In this document: positions 35,225-43,825 of the stretch, in pieces
How the letters are laid out: every line of letters begins with the position of its first letter
How positions within the stretch are numbered: the stretch's first letter is position 1
Virus record (IMG/VR): IMGVR_UViG_3300045988_126190
Coordinates: 5,268-69,267 of that record
DNA from: a virus
Reading direction: 5' to 3' (one strand)
Length of the DNA: 64,000 nt
Made by a program: the position numbers and the translations under genes
Notes under the pieces: model-generated
The model's database searches: none
Seen by the model: the letters and a program-made list of their open reading frames with translations, nothing else
Told to the model about the DNA's origin: nothing

Positions 35225-35839
35225 ATGAAAACTTATACAAAAATCATCAAGAACGTGGAGGTATTCGGGCTTGAGCGGAGCGTGGCGGCGAGCCGGTATC
35301 CGATGGCGGTGGATGTCAGCGGGTGTCCAAGCGACATTTCCAAGGGAACGCTTGCGCTGGCGCAGTGCAGGACAGGGACGGGGCATGACCAGTTTCTGAC
35401 GGGTATCATCGTCCAATTCGACCTGACGTTTACGATAAAGGCGTGGGTCGAGGCGTGGGTCGAGGCGGAGCGGTATCATTTCTTCGACGTCGTTTCGAGC
35501 CAGTCTACTATGCATAAGGCGGCGAAGTTTGACATTTCTGCACAGTGCATCGGGTATGTGCAGCCGGAAATCATCGCGGCGTGCAAGGCGCTCCAAAGGG
35601 CGTACAGGAAGGAGCCGACACCGGAGAATTACCTCAAGCTGCTGTACAATCTGCCGGTCGGCTTCCGGCTGACGGCGCGAATGACAACGAATTACCGGCA
35701 GCTCAAGACCATTTATCAGCAGAGAAAAGATCACAGATTACCGGAATGGCGGCGCTTTTGCGACTTTATCGAGGATTTGCCCTTTTCGGAATTTATAACC
35801 GGCGAAAAGCCAAAGGTACAAAAGGAGTATGACGAATGA
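35225..35839 (+). CDS. hypothetical protein with weak ThyX-like motif
   Basis: ERYHFFDVVSSQS loosely resembles the ThyX RHRxxSxxxxSxR signature. Confidence 0.55.
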   Translation: MKTYTKIIKNVEVFGLERSVAASRYPMAVDVSGCPSDISKGTLALAQCRTGTGHDQFLTGIIVQFDLTFTIKAWVEAWVEAERYHFFDVVSSQSTMHKAAKFDISAQCIGYVQPEIIAACKALQRAYRKEPTPENYLKLLYNLPVGFRLTARMTTNYRQLKTIYQQRKDHRLPEWRRFCDFIEDLPFSEFITGEKPKVQKEYDE

Positions 35840-36057
35840 AGATATTAACACGGAGCCGCGTGCTCGACATATCGTCCACCATCGCAGCGCTCATGCATAC
35901 GAACAACGAACTGCTGGACGAAGGTACGGCGGCGGGGATCAATTTCGGACTGGTTCTGCTTGCCGACGAGATCGGCGTGCTGCATGTTGTGCAGAGGATG
36001 CTCAACACACACCTTGGGGCAATAAAGGAGGACGAGAAAAATGAAACTGGAAATTGA
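35836..36057 (+). CDS. hypothetical protein
   Basis: 73-aa ORF with overlapping start. Confidence 0.5.
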   Translation: MKILTRSRVLDISSTIAALMHTNNELLDEGTAAGINFGLVLLADEIGVLHVVQRMLNTHLGAIKEDEKNETGN

Positions 36058-36223
36058 AGTGCCGGATGGCTTTCTTGGCGGAGAGCTAGTGTTCCTTGAG
36101 GAAGCAGCGGGCGCTCTCAAACTGAGCACGATGACCGTCGATACCGACTGTGAGGCTCGGGGCAAACTGCCCGGTACGATACCAAAGCAGGAGAAACAAC
36201 TTGTTCCGTGGGAGGCGGACTGA
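36041..36223 (+). CDS. hypothetical protein
   Basis: 60-aa ORF. Confidence 0.45.
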   Translation: MKLEIEVPDGFLGGELVFLEEAAGALKLSTMTVDTDCEARGKLPGTIPKQEKQLVPWEAD

Positions 36224-36777
36224 TGGAAAACAAAATGACGACAGATCGCGCGATTGAACTTCTGCGGTGCAGGGGCGTGAATTTTACGCTGGACGAATAC
36301 TGCGAGGCGGTGGGCATGGCGGTAGCGGCGCTGAAACAGAGCGCAGGGCGCGACGTGCAGCACGAGACGGATGTTTTTAAGGATGCCATTAAAGAATTCG
36401 GAGAGACGGCACAGGTTACGATGGTGTTCGAGGAAATGGCGGAGCTGCAAAAGGAGCTCTGCAAGTGGATGCGGAACGGAGAATCCGTTGTGGCAACTCA
36501 CCACATTGCCGAAGAAATCGCAGACGTGGAAATCATGCTCGACCAGATGAAACTAATTTTCGACTGCGCGGGATTGTCTCAAGGTTACCGCAGGGCGAAA
36601 ACGGCGCGGCTCGCCGGACGCATCGAAAAAATAAAGAAGAATCGGGCGGATGAAGCAGAAGAAAAGAATGAAAGCCTTCGACAGACACAGGAAACCAACG
36701 GATGTCCGGCAGACAAGACGCTGACTAAGTCGGCGCTTGGACGGGGCTTTTGCAGGGAGACGGAAATAACTCTCTGA
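36223..36777 (+). CDS. MazG-like nucleotide pyrophosphohydrolase
   Basis: EEMAELQKE ... AEEIADVEIM metal-binding motifs. Confidence 0.7.
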   Translation: MENKMTTDRAIELLRCRGVNFTLDEYCEAVGMAVAALKQSAGRDVQHETDVFKDAIKEFGETAQVTMVFEEMAELQKELCKWMRNGESVVATHHIAEEIADVEIMLDQMKLIFDCAGLSQGYRRAKTARLAGRIEKIKKNRADEAEEKNESLRQTQETNGCPADKTLTKSALGRGFCRETEITL

Positions 36778-36806
36778 AAATTTTCCGAGAGAAACTAAAA
36801 AACGAT

Positions 36807-36816
36807 GTGGTATAAT
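36807..36816 (+). promoter_or_regulatory. extended -10 promoter candidate upstream of packaging genes
   Basis: TGTGGTATAAT with no good -35 box. Confidence 0.35.
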
Positions 36817-36891
36817 CGGGGCGTGATGGAACATTATCTGTCACGCTCCGCTGTTTTGCTATTTCCTTTCTATCGTCTTCCTTTCCCGACG

Positions 36892-36918
36892 GCCACGACG
36901 GACAGCCTCCGTCGTGGC
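36892..36918 (+). other. 10-bp GC hairpin in terS leader
   Basis: GCCACGACGG/CCGTCGTGGC with no U-tract. Confidence 0.5.
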
Positions 36919-36946
36919 TCAAAGGATAATATGACAGCGGAAGTAC

Positions 36947-37864
36947 ATGAAAAGGAATTGGCAGGTGAGGAATGTGCAGGCAAGAATCGTTGAGGCAGAG
37001 GCGGCAGAGTCCCGTTTTCGCAGTCTGAAGGAGCTGCTTGGCGCTGACCTTGCCTGTTTTTGCTTTTGCGCGGTCAACGACGTGCCGTATGACCCGGCGC
37101 TTCCCTCCCCCGAAAGCTGGGAGGCTTACTGCCACGCGCTGAAGGGCGAACGGTCGAAGGAATGGTTCATCGACGGCGAGACGAACGTCAACACCGTGCT
37201 TTACCTCGGAATGAACGACGAGGAGCGCTGGGAGCGCGTTTGGGGCAGCGGCGACCCAAATCGACCGTACAGCAAGCAGGACTACCAGCGGCTCGACGAG
37301 CTTTGGAAAACCTACTCCGCCAGACTGATGGGCGCCGGGGGGATGGATGCCCAGCAGGAGGACACGATCCGCACCTGCTGCAAGGAGCGGCTTCTGGCTG
37401 ACCGCTGCATCGCGCAGGGGACGAAGGAATCCGTCTATATGGCGGCGAAGCTCAACAAGACGATTCAAGACCAGCTCGCGGCAGAGAACCTACGCAAAAA
37501 GGACGCAAAGCCGGTGGAAAACGCGAAGGTGGACGGCATTGTAGACGCTTTGCGGAAGAAATACGGCGTGGGTGTGGAGCTGACCTATGAGCAGGCTGTT
37601 GAAATCTGCGCGAAGTGGATGACGAGCCACCGCTACCCTTATACGATGGACGCGGCGGAAAAGGCGCTGCTTTCGATTATCAACACGATCCGGAAGAACA
37701 ACGACCAAGCGGAAATGCAGGAGCTTCCGGCACAGTTCGGTCTTTTTGCACAGAGAAGCGAGTTTGCGGGAATTCCGAACGACATGGAAGAGGATGCCTA
37801 CCGCTACTTGGGCTTGACGAGAGAGCGAAAGCGCAAGGGCGCGGACAGCACTCTGGGAGAATAA
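36947..37864 (+). CDS. probable terminase small subunit
   Basis: Position immediately upstream of the large terminase. No motif recognised. Confidence 0.5.
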   Translation: MKRNWQVRNVQARIVEAEAAESRFRSLKELLGADLACFCFCAVNDVPYDPALPSPESWEAYCHALKGERSKEWFIDGETNVNTVLYLGMNDEERWERVWGSGDPNRPYSKQDYQRLDELWKTYSARLMGAGGMDAQQEDTIRTCCKERLLADRCIAQGTKESVYMAAKLNKTIQDQLAAENLRKKDAKPVENAKVDGIVDALRKKYGVGVELTYEQAVEICAKWMTSHRYPYTMDAAEKALLSIINTIRKNNDQAEMQELPAQFGLFAQRSEFAGIPNDMEEDAYRYLGLTRERKRKGADSTLGE

Positions 37865-37867
37865 GCC

Positions 37868-39685
37868 ATGCCGCGCAAGGGAACCGTCTGGACGGCGGGG
37901 GCCGGTTGGGTGCGGTCGCAGGAGTACGAGGCAGCACAGTATGACAGTCTCGGTGACGGATGGGGCTTTCTGATCTCCTTTTGGCGCTGGTTCCCGGATA
38001 TGCTTTGTGACCTTTCTCGCAGTGACGAAGCAGACTATGAGCTGGCGCTATTACAGCGTGTATTCATGCGAGCCAAGGCACGGTATCAATACTGCGACAT
38101 CACCGCCTGCCGTGGCGCGACCAAATCGTTCTGTTCCATTCTGGAAGAGGCCTGCGAGGGTCTGTTGTGGCCGGGCATTACGACGGCATATTTCGGGCCG
38201 TCCCTGCGGCAGACCGCAAAGATCGGCGCAGACACATGGGAAACCATTCAGGAAAACTATCCGGCGCTGGCCGCACACTATAACGTCGAGGTCAAGGGCG
38301 GCGACCGCTTTAAGATCACGACGGGATACGGAAGCAGCTTTTCCATTGACGCATTTCGCGGCGCAAACCTGTGTAAGGTCGTGGCCGAGGAATATGCGCA
38401 GGAGGAGGCACCCCCGTTTGACATTGAAGATTATAAGCGCGTCGTGCTGCCCGCAGTTCGTATTGAGTACCGCGTAAAGGGCAAGCGCGACCCGACCTAT
38501 GTCAGATTTAAGCAGCACTCCATTACCTCCGCATCGCGGCGGCAGAACCACGCCTATGAAACACGGTGCCGCCACATTCGGATGATGGCGAGAGGCGAAA
38601 GCGCCTTTGTAATGGACGTTTCCTATGAGGTAATCCTGCTGATGCAGATGCGCCCCGTGATGTGGGCAGAAACGCTCAAGAGCGAGCTTAGCCCCGACGA
38701 ATGGGCGCGAGAGATGGAGAGCCTTTACACCGGCAGCGACAAGAATCCGGTCGTTCGCGACAGCGTTCTGACGGAATCGCGGTGTATGCTGCTGATGGAG
38801 GAGCATCACTGCTGCAAGGACCACGCGAACAAGGTCAAGCCGGAGGATGTGAAATACATCATCGGCTATGACGTTTCTTATGCAGACGGCGCGATCAACG
38901 CAAAATGCGCCTGTGCTGTAATCAAACTGACGAAGCAAACCAATTGGCTCAAGCGAGATCGATATCTGAAGCAGGTCGTCTGGCTGTCCGGTTGGGAGCC
39001 GGAGGAGCCGAGGGCGCAGGCGGCACGGCTGAAAACCATTTGGAACCGCTACTGCTTTGAGGGCAGCGAGACCTACATTGCCATCGACGCATGGCAGTAC
39101 GGCACCGCCGTGTTGCAGGCACTGATGGGCGACTTGGAGGACGGGCTGCCTCCCTTGTGCAGCCACGACCATTCCTTCTGCCCGGAGCTGGAGCGTGACG
39201 GCGCGATTCCGGTCGTGTTCCCCGTAAAGGCGGGCGGCGTCGGCGTGACTGACCCCGACAGCGAAATGCTGCGCTATGCCGAGGTGCAGTTTGAAAACCG
39301 CAACGTACAGCTTTTGACCTCGAACTGGGGCGAGGGCTTAGATGCCTATAAGACCTATCACCGCATCAAGGACGACGAGTTAGACCACCTGATCTACGCT
39401 CCGTACAAGGAAACGAACGTCCTGATTGGGCAGATGCAGAACCTGAGGAAGGTTCCTTCCGGCGCAGGGATGGCAGAGAAGCGAATCTCGTCCCATATCC
39501 AGCGCGACGACTGGTCCGCACTGAAATATGCCCTGCGCGTGGCGCAGAAACTGGAAACGAAATATCTGCTCAAGACCTATCAGAAGTCGGCGTGGGACGC
39601 GGAATACCAGAAGGGTTCCAGTTTCTACGCATCCGGCGGCGGCGTCCGCACGGTGGGACGGTTTGCAGGAAGGAAATACACATGA
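37868..39685 (+). CDS. terL: terminase large subunit
   Basis: 605 aa. Size, position and ATPase/nuclease-like layout fit. Confidence 0.8.
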   Translation: MPRKGTVWTAGAGWVRSQEYEAAQYDSLGDGWGFLISFWRWFPDMLCDLSRSDEADYELALLQRVFMRAKARYQYCDITACRGATKSFCSILEEACEGLLWPGITTAYFGPSLRQTAKIGADTWETIQENYPALAAHYNVEVKGGDRFKITTGYGSSFSIDAFRGANLCKVVAEEYAQEEAPPFDIEDYKRVVLPAVRIEYRVKGKRDPTYVRFKQHSITSASRRQNHAYETRCRHIRMMARGESAFVMDVSYEVILLMQMRPVMWAETLKSELSPDEWAREMESLYTGSDKNPVVRDSVLTESRCMLLMEEHHCCKDHANKVKPEDVKYIIGYDVSYADGAINAKCACAVIKLTKQTNWLKRDRYLKQVVWLSGWEPEEPRAQAARLKTIWNRYCFEGSETYIAIDAWQYGTAVLQALMGDLEDGLPPLCSHDHSFCPELERDGAIPVVFPVKAGGVGVTDPDSEMLRYAEVQFENRNVQLLTSNWGEGLDAYKTYHRIKDDELDHLIYAPYKETNVLIGQMQNLRKVPSGAGMAEKRISSHIQRDDWSALKYALRVAQKLETKYLLKTYQKSAWDAEYQKGSSFYASGGGVRTVGRFAGRKYT

Positions 39686-40044
39686 TGAAAAGCACGGACA
39701 AATATGGGCTTTACGTCGTGAGGCCAGAGGACATCGGCGAAAACGAGAAATATTATCTGATTACGGCGACGTACTGCCTGCTATACACCAAGAAAAAGCC
39801 GAAGGACGGGTTTCCCGTGAAAAACCTGACGGCGCTGCCGTCGCTGGCGAAGCAGTGGTTAAACGGGGCCATTGAGAGCCTACGGCAGGAATATTTGATG
39901 GAGAATCAGCAACAGCTTTTGGCCAAGGGCAAGGCGTTCAGCGACGCGCTTCGGCAGGAGCTTGAGGCTGAGAGAATCCGCATCAAGGAAAGCGAGATGA
40001 CAAAGGACGATGCAGCAACAGCAGAAGAAACCAAGAGCGAATAA
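39682..40044 (+). CDS. hypothetical protein
   Basis: ATGATG overlap with the terL stop. Confidence 0.55.
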   Translation: MMKSTDKYGLYVVRPEDIGENEKYYLITATYCLLYTKKKPKDGFPVKNLTALPSLAKQWLNGAIESLRQEYLMENQQQLLAKGKAFSDALRQELEAERIRIKESEMTKDDAATAEETKSE

Positions 40045-41806
40045 TGCGTCGTCGTATGCCACCTACGACCAGTATTTCGGAGCGCTGCGGCAGTTAGCCT
40101 CCGAATACGGCGACGTACCGAGCGACGGTTTTTGGAGCGCGTGGACACGGGCTTCGATGTCAACGAATCCCTTTATCAACAACAGCCGCGTCAAGCATAT
40201 CTCCTCCTTCCCTGCCGACGTTACCAAGCCACAGATTGTGGAAATGCTCAAGGCACCGGAGGACAACGAGCAGGCGCTTCGCGAAACGGCGGCGGGCTTG
40301 GAATGGGGTGCCTTCCCCTTCCGGAAAATCCGCATGACCTATCAAGGGGTCAACACCTACCACTATTACCACTACCCCGCGAACCTCACAAAGGAGGACG
40401 CGAAATCCGATACGCTGCGGCGCGAGGGTGTGCTGCTGGACAAGTTCAACCGGCGCTTTCAGCCGGACGCGCTGGCGCACCAAATCGTCGGGCAGGCGTG
40501 GCAGATGGGCAAGGTCGCCTATTATCCGCGCTATTCGCTGGATAAGCCGCACAATCGGGTGAATTTCGCGTTTGCACAGCAGATTCCCTCGGACTGGATC
40601 AAAATCGTCGGCTTTAACTCCGAGAGCAAATACACGGTCATGTTTAACATGATGTACCTGTTGCAGCCGGGGTCTGACTGGCGGCAGTTCGGCGATTTGC
40701 TTGCGCCGTATCTGGACGATTTTGACAGCGTGCTCGACCCCTTCGGGACGACAGGCAAACCGGACGGTTTGGGGAAAAAGTTCGTCTACGCCTCAAAAAA
40801 CACGGTGCAGAGCGCAGACGGCAGAGCCTTCCGCATCCAGCCGGACAAATTAAAGGCGAACGCAGCGGGAAATCCGCAGATATACAACCAAAACGGGCAG
40901 TGGGCGTATTACGTCACCCTCCCTGTGGAGGACGTTTGGGTGTTCGAGATCGACGACACGACGAGAGCCGTTGCGCCGATGAGCACGGGACTGTTCATCA
41001 GTTTTGACCAGATTTCCCAAATTGAGGACGTGGCGCTTGCCGTGATGCAGAATCCGCTTGTGTCGATTGCGTTCGGCGAGATGCCGTACTACGCAGAGCG
41101 CAAGACGGAAACCAGCGACCCCATTAAGCTTTCCCCGACCGGACGCGCCTACTACGTGGAGCTGTGGAATCAGATGATTGCGGCGGCAAATGCGGGCGGC
41201 ATTGCGTTCTTCCCCGCACCGATGGAAAAGCTCCATTTGGAAACGCTGCCGGAGGCGACCGGCTCAAGCGACATGACCTCGAAAAACTACGCCTACGCCG
41301 TGATGAAATCCGGCATGAGCGGTCTTATCCCCATTAACAGCGACCCGAGAGCCGGTGCGGTGGAGATCAGCGCGAAGCTGGAGGAGGCGGTTTGCTTCTG
41401 CATCTACCGCCAGATGGAACGGATGATGGAATCCGTTTACCGCAGAATGGGCCTGCGGTACGAATGGCGGTTTACCATGTTCGGCGGCTTCGTTTCGGAC
41501 AAGGCCGACCTCGAAAACGCACGAAAGGGCTTGCAGATCGGAATGCTCTCCGAAACGCTCAAGTACCTTGCGCTGCGCGGGATGAGTCTGTGGGACGATA
41601 TGAGCGTGTCGCACTTCATCAATGAGAGCGGCGTGCTTGACCTGAGAATCCCACCTATCACGAGCTACACGGCGACGCAGGGCGAAAGCGGCTTGCCGCC
41701 GAAGGCTCCGAAAGACCCGGACAACGAGGGCGGCAGACCGACAAAGGACATTGACGCGGCGCTGGAAAGCGGCTCTGAGGCGCAGGAAAGCGATTTGGAC
41801 GGGTGA
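40010..41806 (+). CDS. portal protein
   Basis: 598 aa, downstream of terL. Confidence 0.7.
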   Translation: MQQQQKKPRANNASSYATYDQYFGALRQLASEYGDVPSDGFWSAWTRASMSTNPFINNSRVKHISSFPADVTKPQIVEMLKAPEDNEQALRETAAGLEWGAFPFRKIRMTYQGVNTYHYYHYPANLTKEDAKSDTLRREGVLLDKFNRRFQPDALAHQIVGQAWQMGKVAYYPRYSLDKPHNRVNFAFAQQIPSDWIKIVGFNSESKYTVMFNMMYLLQPGSDWRQFGDLLAPYLDDFDSVLDPFGTTGKPDGLGKKFVYASKNTVQSADGRAFRIQPDKLKANAAGNPQIYNQNGQWAYYVTLPVEDVWVFEIDDTTRAVAPMSTGLFISFDQISQIEDVALAVMQNPLVSIAFGEMPYYAERKTETSDPIKLSPTGRAYYVELWNQMIAAANAGGIAFFPAPMEKLHLETLPEATGSSDMTSKNYAYAVMKSGMSGLIPINSDPRAGAVEISAKLEEAVCFCIYRQMERMMESVYRRMGLRYEWRFTMFGGFVSDKADLENARKGLQIGMLSETLKYLALRGMSLWDDMSVSHFINESGVLDLRIPPITSYTATQGESGLPPKAPKDPDNEGGRPTKDIDAALESGSEAQESDLDG

Positions 41807-41810
41807 TGCT

Positions 41811-41990
41811 ATGGTAACGACCGAGGACATCAAAATCATCAACGACGCTCTTAAAAAGGGCTTTGACGTGAGAATTCAGAACACCCCGGACGGCTACCGC
41901 ATTGTCGCGGACAAGGTGAGCGTCCTGAAGCGCGGGCATTCCGCGAAAAAGCCCAGCGCAATGATGGGTTATTCCGACAAGAGGCAATAA
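41811..41990 (+). CDS. small hypothetical protein
   Basis: 59 aa. Confidence 0.5.
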   Translation: MVTTEDIKIINDALKKGFDVRIQNTPDGYRIVADKVSVLKRGHSAKKPSAMMGYSDKRQ

Positions 41991-41995
41991 AAAAC

Positions 41996-42012
41996 CGGCG
42001 GGTTTCCCGCCG
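41996..42012 (+). other. GC hairpin without U-tract
   Basis: CGGCGGG-UUU-CCCGCCG, starting 6 nt after the stop codon. Confidence 0.55.
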
Positions 42013-42016
42013 ATAT

Positions 42017-42083
42017 GCCGCGCCCTAGGTGGCTGGGAGGGCTGAATGACCCTCAATGATCGGTTCAATTCCGGTGCGCGGTA
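42017..42083 (+). ncRNA. mini tRNA-like element 1 (67 nt)
   Basis: Acceptor GCCGCGC/GCGCGGU. T arm AUCGG-UUCAAUU-CCGGU. Stem GAGGG/CCCUC with the 8-nt loop CUGAAUGA. 4-bp D stem with GUGG loop. No CCA. Confidence 0.5.
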
Positions 42084-42209
42084 TTTGATTTTCGTTGCAT
42101 TGGCCTCCTTTCTGTTAACGCCCCACGACGGATGGCGCTTTTGCGAGCTGCGAGACGGCCGAGCGTCTGGGATGAAACAATCCGTGCCGGTGAAAATCCG
42201 GCGACATAT

Positions 42210-42262
42210 GGGGCGCAAAGGGAGCGGCGACGTTGCCGGCGGTTCGAGTCCGTATGCCCCTT
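42210..42262 (+). ncRNA. T-loop-containing minihelix followed by U-tract
   Basis: GGGGCG/UGCCCC closing stem. GCGG-UUCGAGU-CCGU arm. Inner CGGC/GCCG hairpin, then UUUU. Confidence 0.3.
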
Positions 42263-42444
42263 TTGATCGTCCCCTGCCGCCGGGGTCTCACAAATAGGCG
42301 GCTTGCAAAAATCTTCTAAGGGGTGTCCATTTCGCGCGCCCCTTGCACACTGAACAACGTTATTCTTGCGATTACTCCTACAAATTCGTCACCCTGCACA
42401 AATCTAGCTCCTGAATTTCGTACATTCTGCTGTTTCAATTATCC

Positions 42445-42472
42445 TTGACTTTTGGCGGACATAAGTTATAAT
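42445..42472 (+). promoter_or_regulatory. promoter of RHH cassette C
   Basis: TTGACT-16-TATAAT with the inverted repeat CATAAGT/ACTTATG flanking the -10 box. Confidence 0.55.
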
Positions 42473-42508
42473 AGACTTATGGCAGACAAAAGTTGGAGGT
42501 GAGGTACA

Positions 42509-42679
42509 TTGTCGCCAAGAACCGGCAGACCAACAGAAAACCCGAAGCAAGAGCGCATTACCGTCCGATTGGACAAGGAATCCGCTGAAATCCTGCACCT
42601 GTACTGCGAGAAAAAGAACGTAGACAGAGCAGAGGCGATTCGCCGAGGGGTTAAGAAGTTGGCAGACGAAATAAAATAG
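42509..42679 (+). CDS. ribbon-helix-helix (Arc-like) regulator (56 aa, not in track)
   Basis: TTG start after GGAGGTGAGG. Own translation: SPRTGRPTENPK...VRLDKE...EAIRRGVKKL. Confidence 0.6.
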   Translation: MSPRTGRPTENPKQERITVRLDKESAEILHLYCEKKNVDRAEAIRRGVKKLADEIK

Positions 42680-42740
42680 AGTGTTGGCTGCCTCTCACAA
42701 CAAACCAACACCCTATCAGACAGGACAGGGAAACCTATCC
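42672..42740 (-). ncRNA. putative sar-like antisense RNA of cassette C
   Basis: Antisense promoter at 42747-42775 plus hairpin GTGTTGG/CCAACAC with a T-run on the minus strand. Confidence 0.4.
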
Positions 42741-42746
42741 GAAATC

Positions 42747-42775
42747 ATTATACATCGGAGCGGCTTCCTTGTCAA
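42747..42775 (-). promoter_or_regulatory. antisense consensus promoter
   Basis: Minus-strand TTGACA-17-TATAAT. Confidence 0.6.
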
Positions 42776-42799
42776 ACATTGTTTTGAAAAGGAGCTATT

Positions 42800-43552
42800 A
42801 TGAATAACGAGATTCAGATTTTCAGCAATGAAGAATTCGGAGAAATCCGCACTTTGGCTATCAACGATGAGCCGTGGCTCGTCGGAAAGGATGTAGCCGA
42901 AATCCTTGGATATGCAAACCCTAACGAAGCAATATCGGACCATGTAGATGACGAGGACAAACTCAATAGCAAAACGCTATCGAGTTTTTCTGCAAATCTT
43001 GGACAGCGCGGTGGCTGGCTCATTAACGAAAGCGGGTTATACTCGCTTATCATGAGTTCCAAGCTTCCGGCGGCAAAGAAGTTCAAACGCTGGGTCACAT
43101 CCGAAGTTCTCCCCTCTATCCGCAAGAACGGCGGGTATATCGCGGGTCAGGAAAGCATGACACCGGCGGAGCTGATGGCTTCGGCGCTGCTGATGGCGCA
43201 GAAAACGCTTGCAGAGCGCGAGGCGAGAATTGCCGACCTGACGGTACAGAATCAAATCATGCAGCCGAAAGCGGAATACTTCGATGAGCTGTGCGACAGA
43301 GAAACCTTGACCGGCATTTACGAGACGGCGAAGGAGCTGGGCGTAGCGCCGAGGAAGTTCACAGCGGATTTGGTCAAGCACAGATACCTGTACCGTGGGA
43401 AAAAGGGACAGCTCCTGCCATGCGAGAGCAAGAACGACGGGCTGTTTGTATTAAAAGAAACCTTCAACAACCAAACCAAATGGAGCGGCACACAGACGCT
43501 CATTACCGTAAAAGGGCGCGAACTGTTCCGCATGATGCGCCTCGGCGCTTGA
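42800..43552 (+). CDS. antirepressor (Bro-N + KilAC/ANT-like)
   Basis: MNNEIQIFSNEEFGEIRT, RWVTSEVLPSIRKNGGY. The leader is near-identical to that of 2959. Confidence 0.85.
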   Translation: MNNEIQIFSNEEFGEIRTLAINDEPWLVGKDVAEILGYANPNEAISDHVDDEDKLNSKTLSSFSANLGQRGGWLINESGLYSLIMSSKLPAAKKFKRWVTSEVLPSIRKNGGYIAGQESMTPAELMASALLMAQKTLAEREARIADLTVQNQIMQPKAEYFDELCDRETLTGIYETAKELGVAPRKFTADLVKHRYLYRGKKGQLLPCESKNDGLFVLKETFNNQTKWSGTQTLITVKGRELFRMMRLGA

Positions 43553-43567
43553 TTGGAGGCGTGCGGT

Positions 43568-43693
43568 ATGTTTGAGGGCTATTCGTTAGAGGAAATCACC
43601 GATATGATTCGGCACACGCTGAAAGACCCGGAACGGCGAGAAAGGCTGCTCGGCCTTTTGGAAGAGCTGGGGCTTTTGCCGAGGAATTCATAA
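43568..43693 (+). CDS. small conserved cassette protein (41 aa)
   Basis: MFEGYSLEEITDMIRHTLKDPERRERLLGLLEELGLLPRNS. Confidence 0.55.
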   Translation: MFEGYSLEEITDMIRHTLKDPERRERLLGLLEELGLLPRNS

Positions 43694-43709
43694 ACTACAT
43701 AGTGCAATG

Positions 43710-43792
43710 CAGCCGCGAATGGGCGGCTGTGAAGAGCAAAGAGGCTCATTGACACAGGAGACTGTGTTAATGGGTCTCTTTTTTGTTGTTTT
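43710..43792 (+). terminator. hairpin + GAGCAAAGAGGCTC + long terminator (copy 1)
   Basis: CAGCCGC/GCGGCTG hairpin, the 14-mer at 43734-43747, AGAGGCTCATT/AATGGGTCTCT stem, then a T-run. Confidence 0.6.
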
Positions 43793-43825
43793 CACAGATT
43801 ATTCAACCAAGGAAGTGATTATCAC

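Noticed and set aside
37868-39685. Long antisense ORF 38051..39172 and nested + frame ORFs inside terL
   Set aside because: These are typical high-GC shadow ORFs. They have no RBS and are fully contained in a well-supported gene.
42210-42262. tmRNA
   Set aside because: The two acceptor strands are only about 50 nt apart. There is no tag reading frame or pseudoknots, and no G3:U70 pair.
42046-42297. 83-aa + strand ORF
   Set aside because: It has no RBS, an odd composition, and overlaps strongly structured tRNA-like and hairpin sequence.
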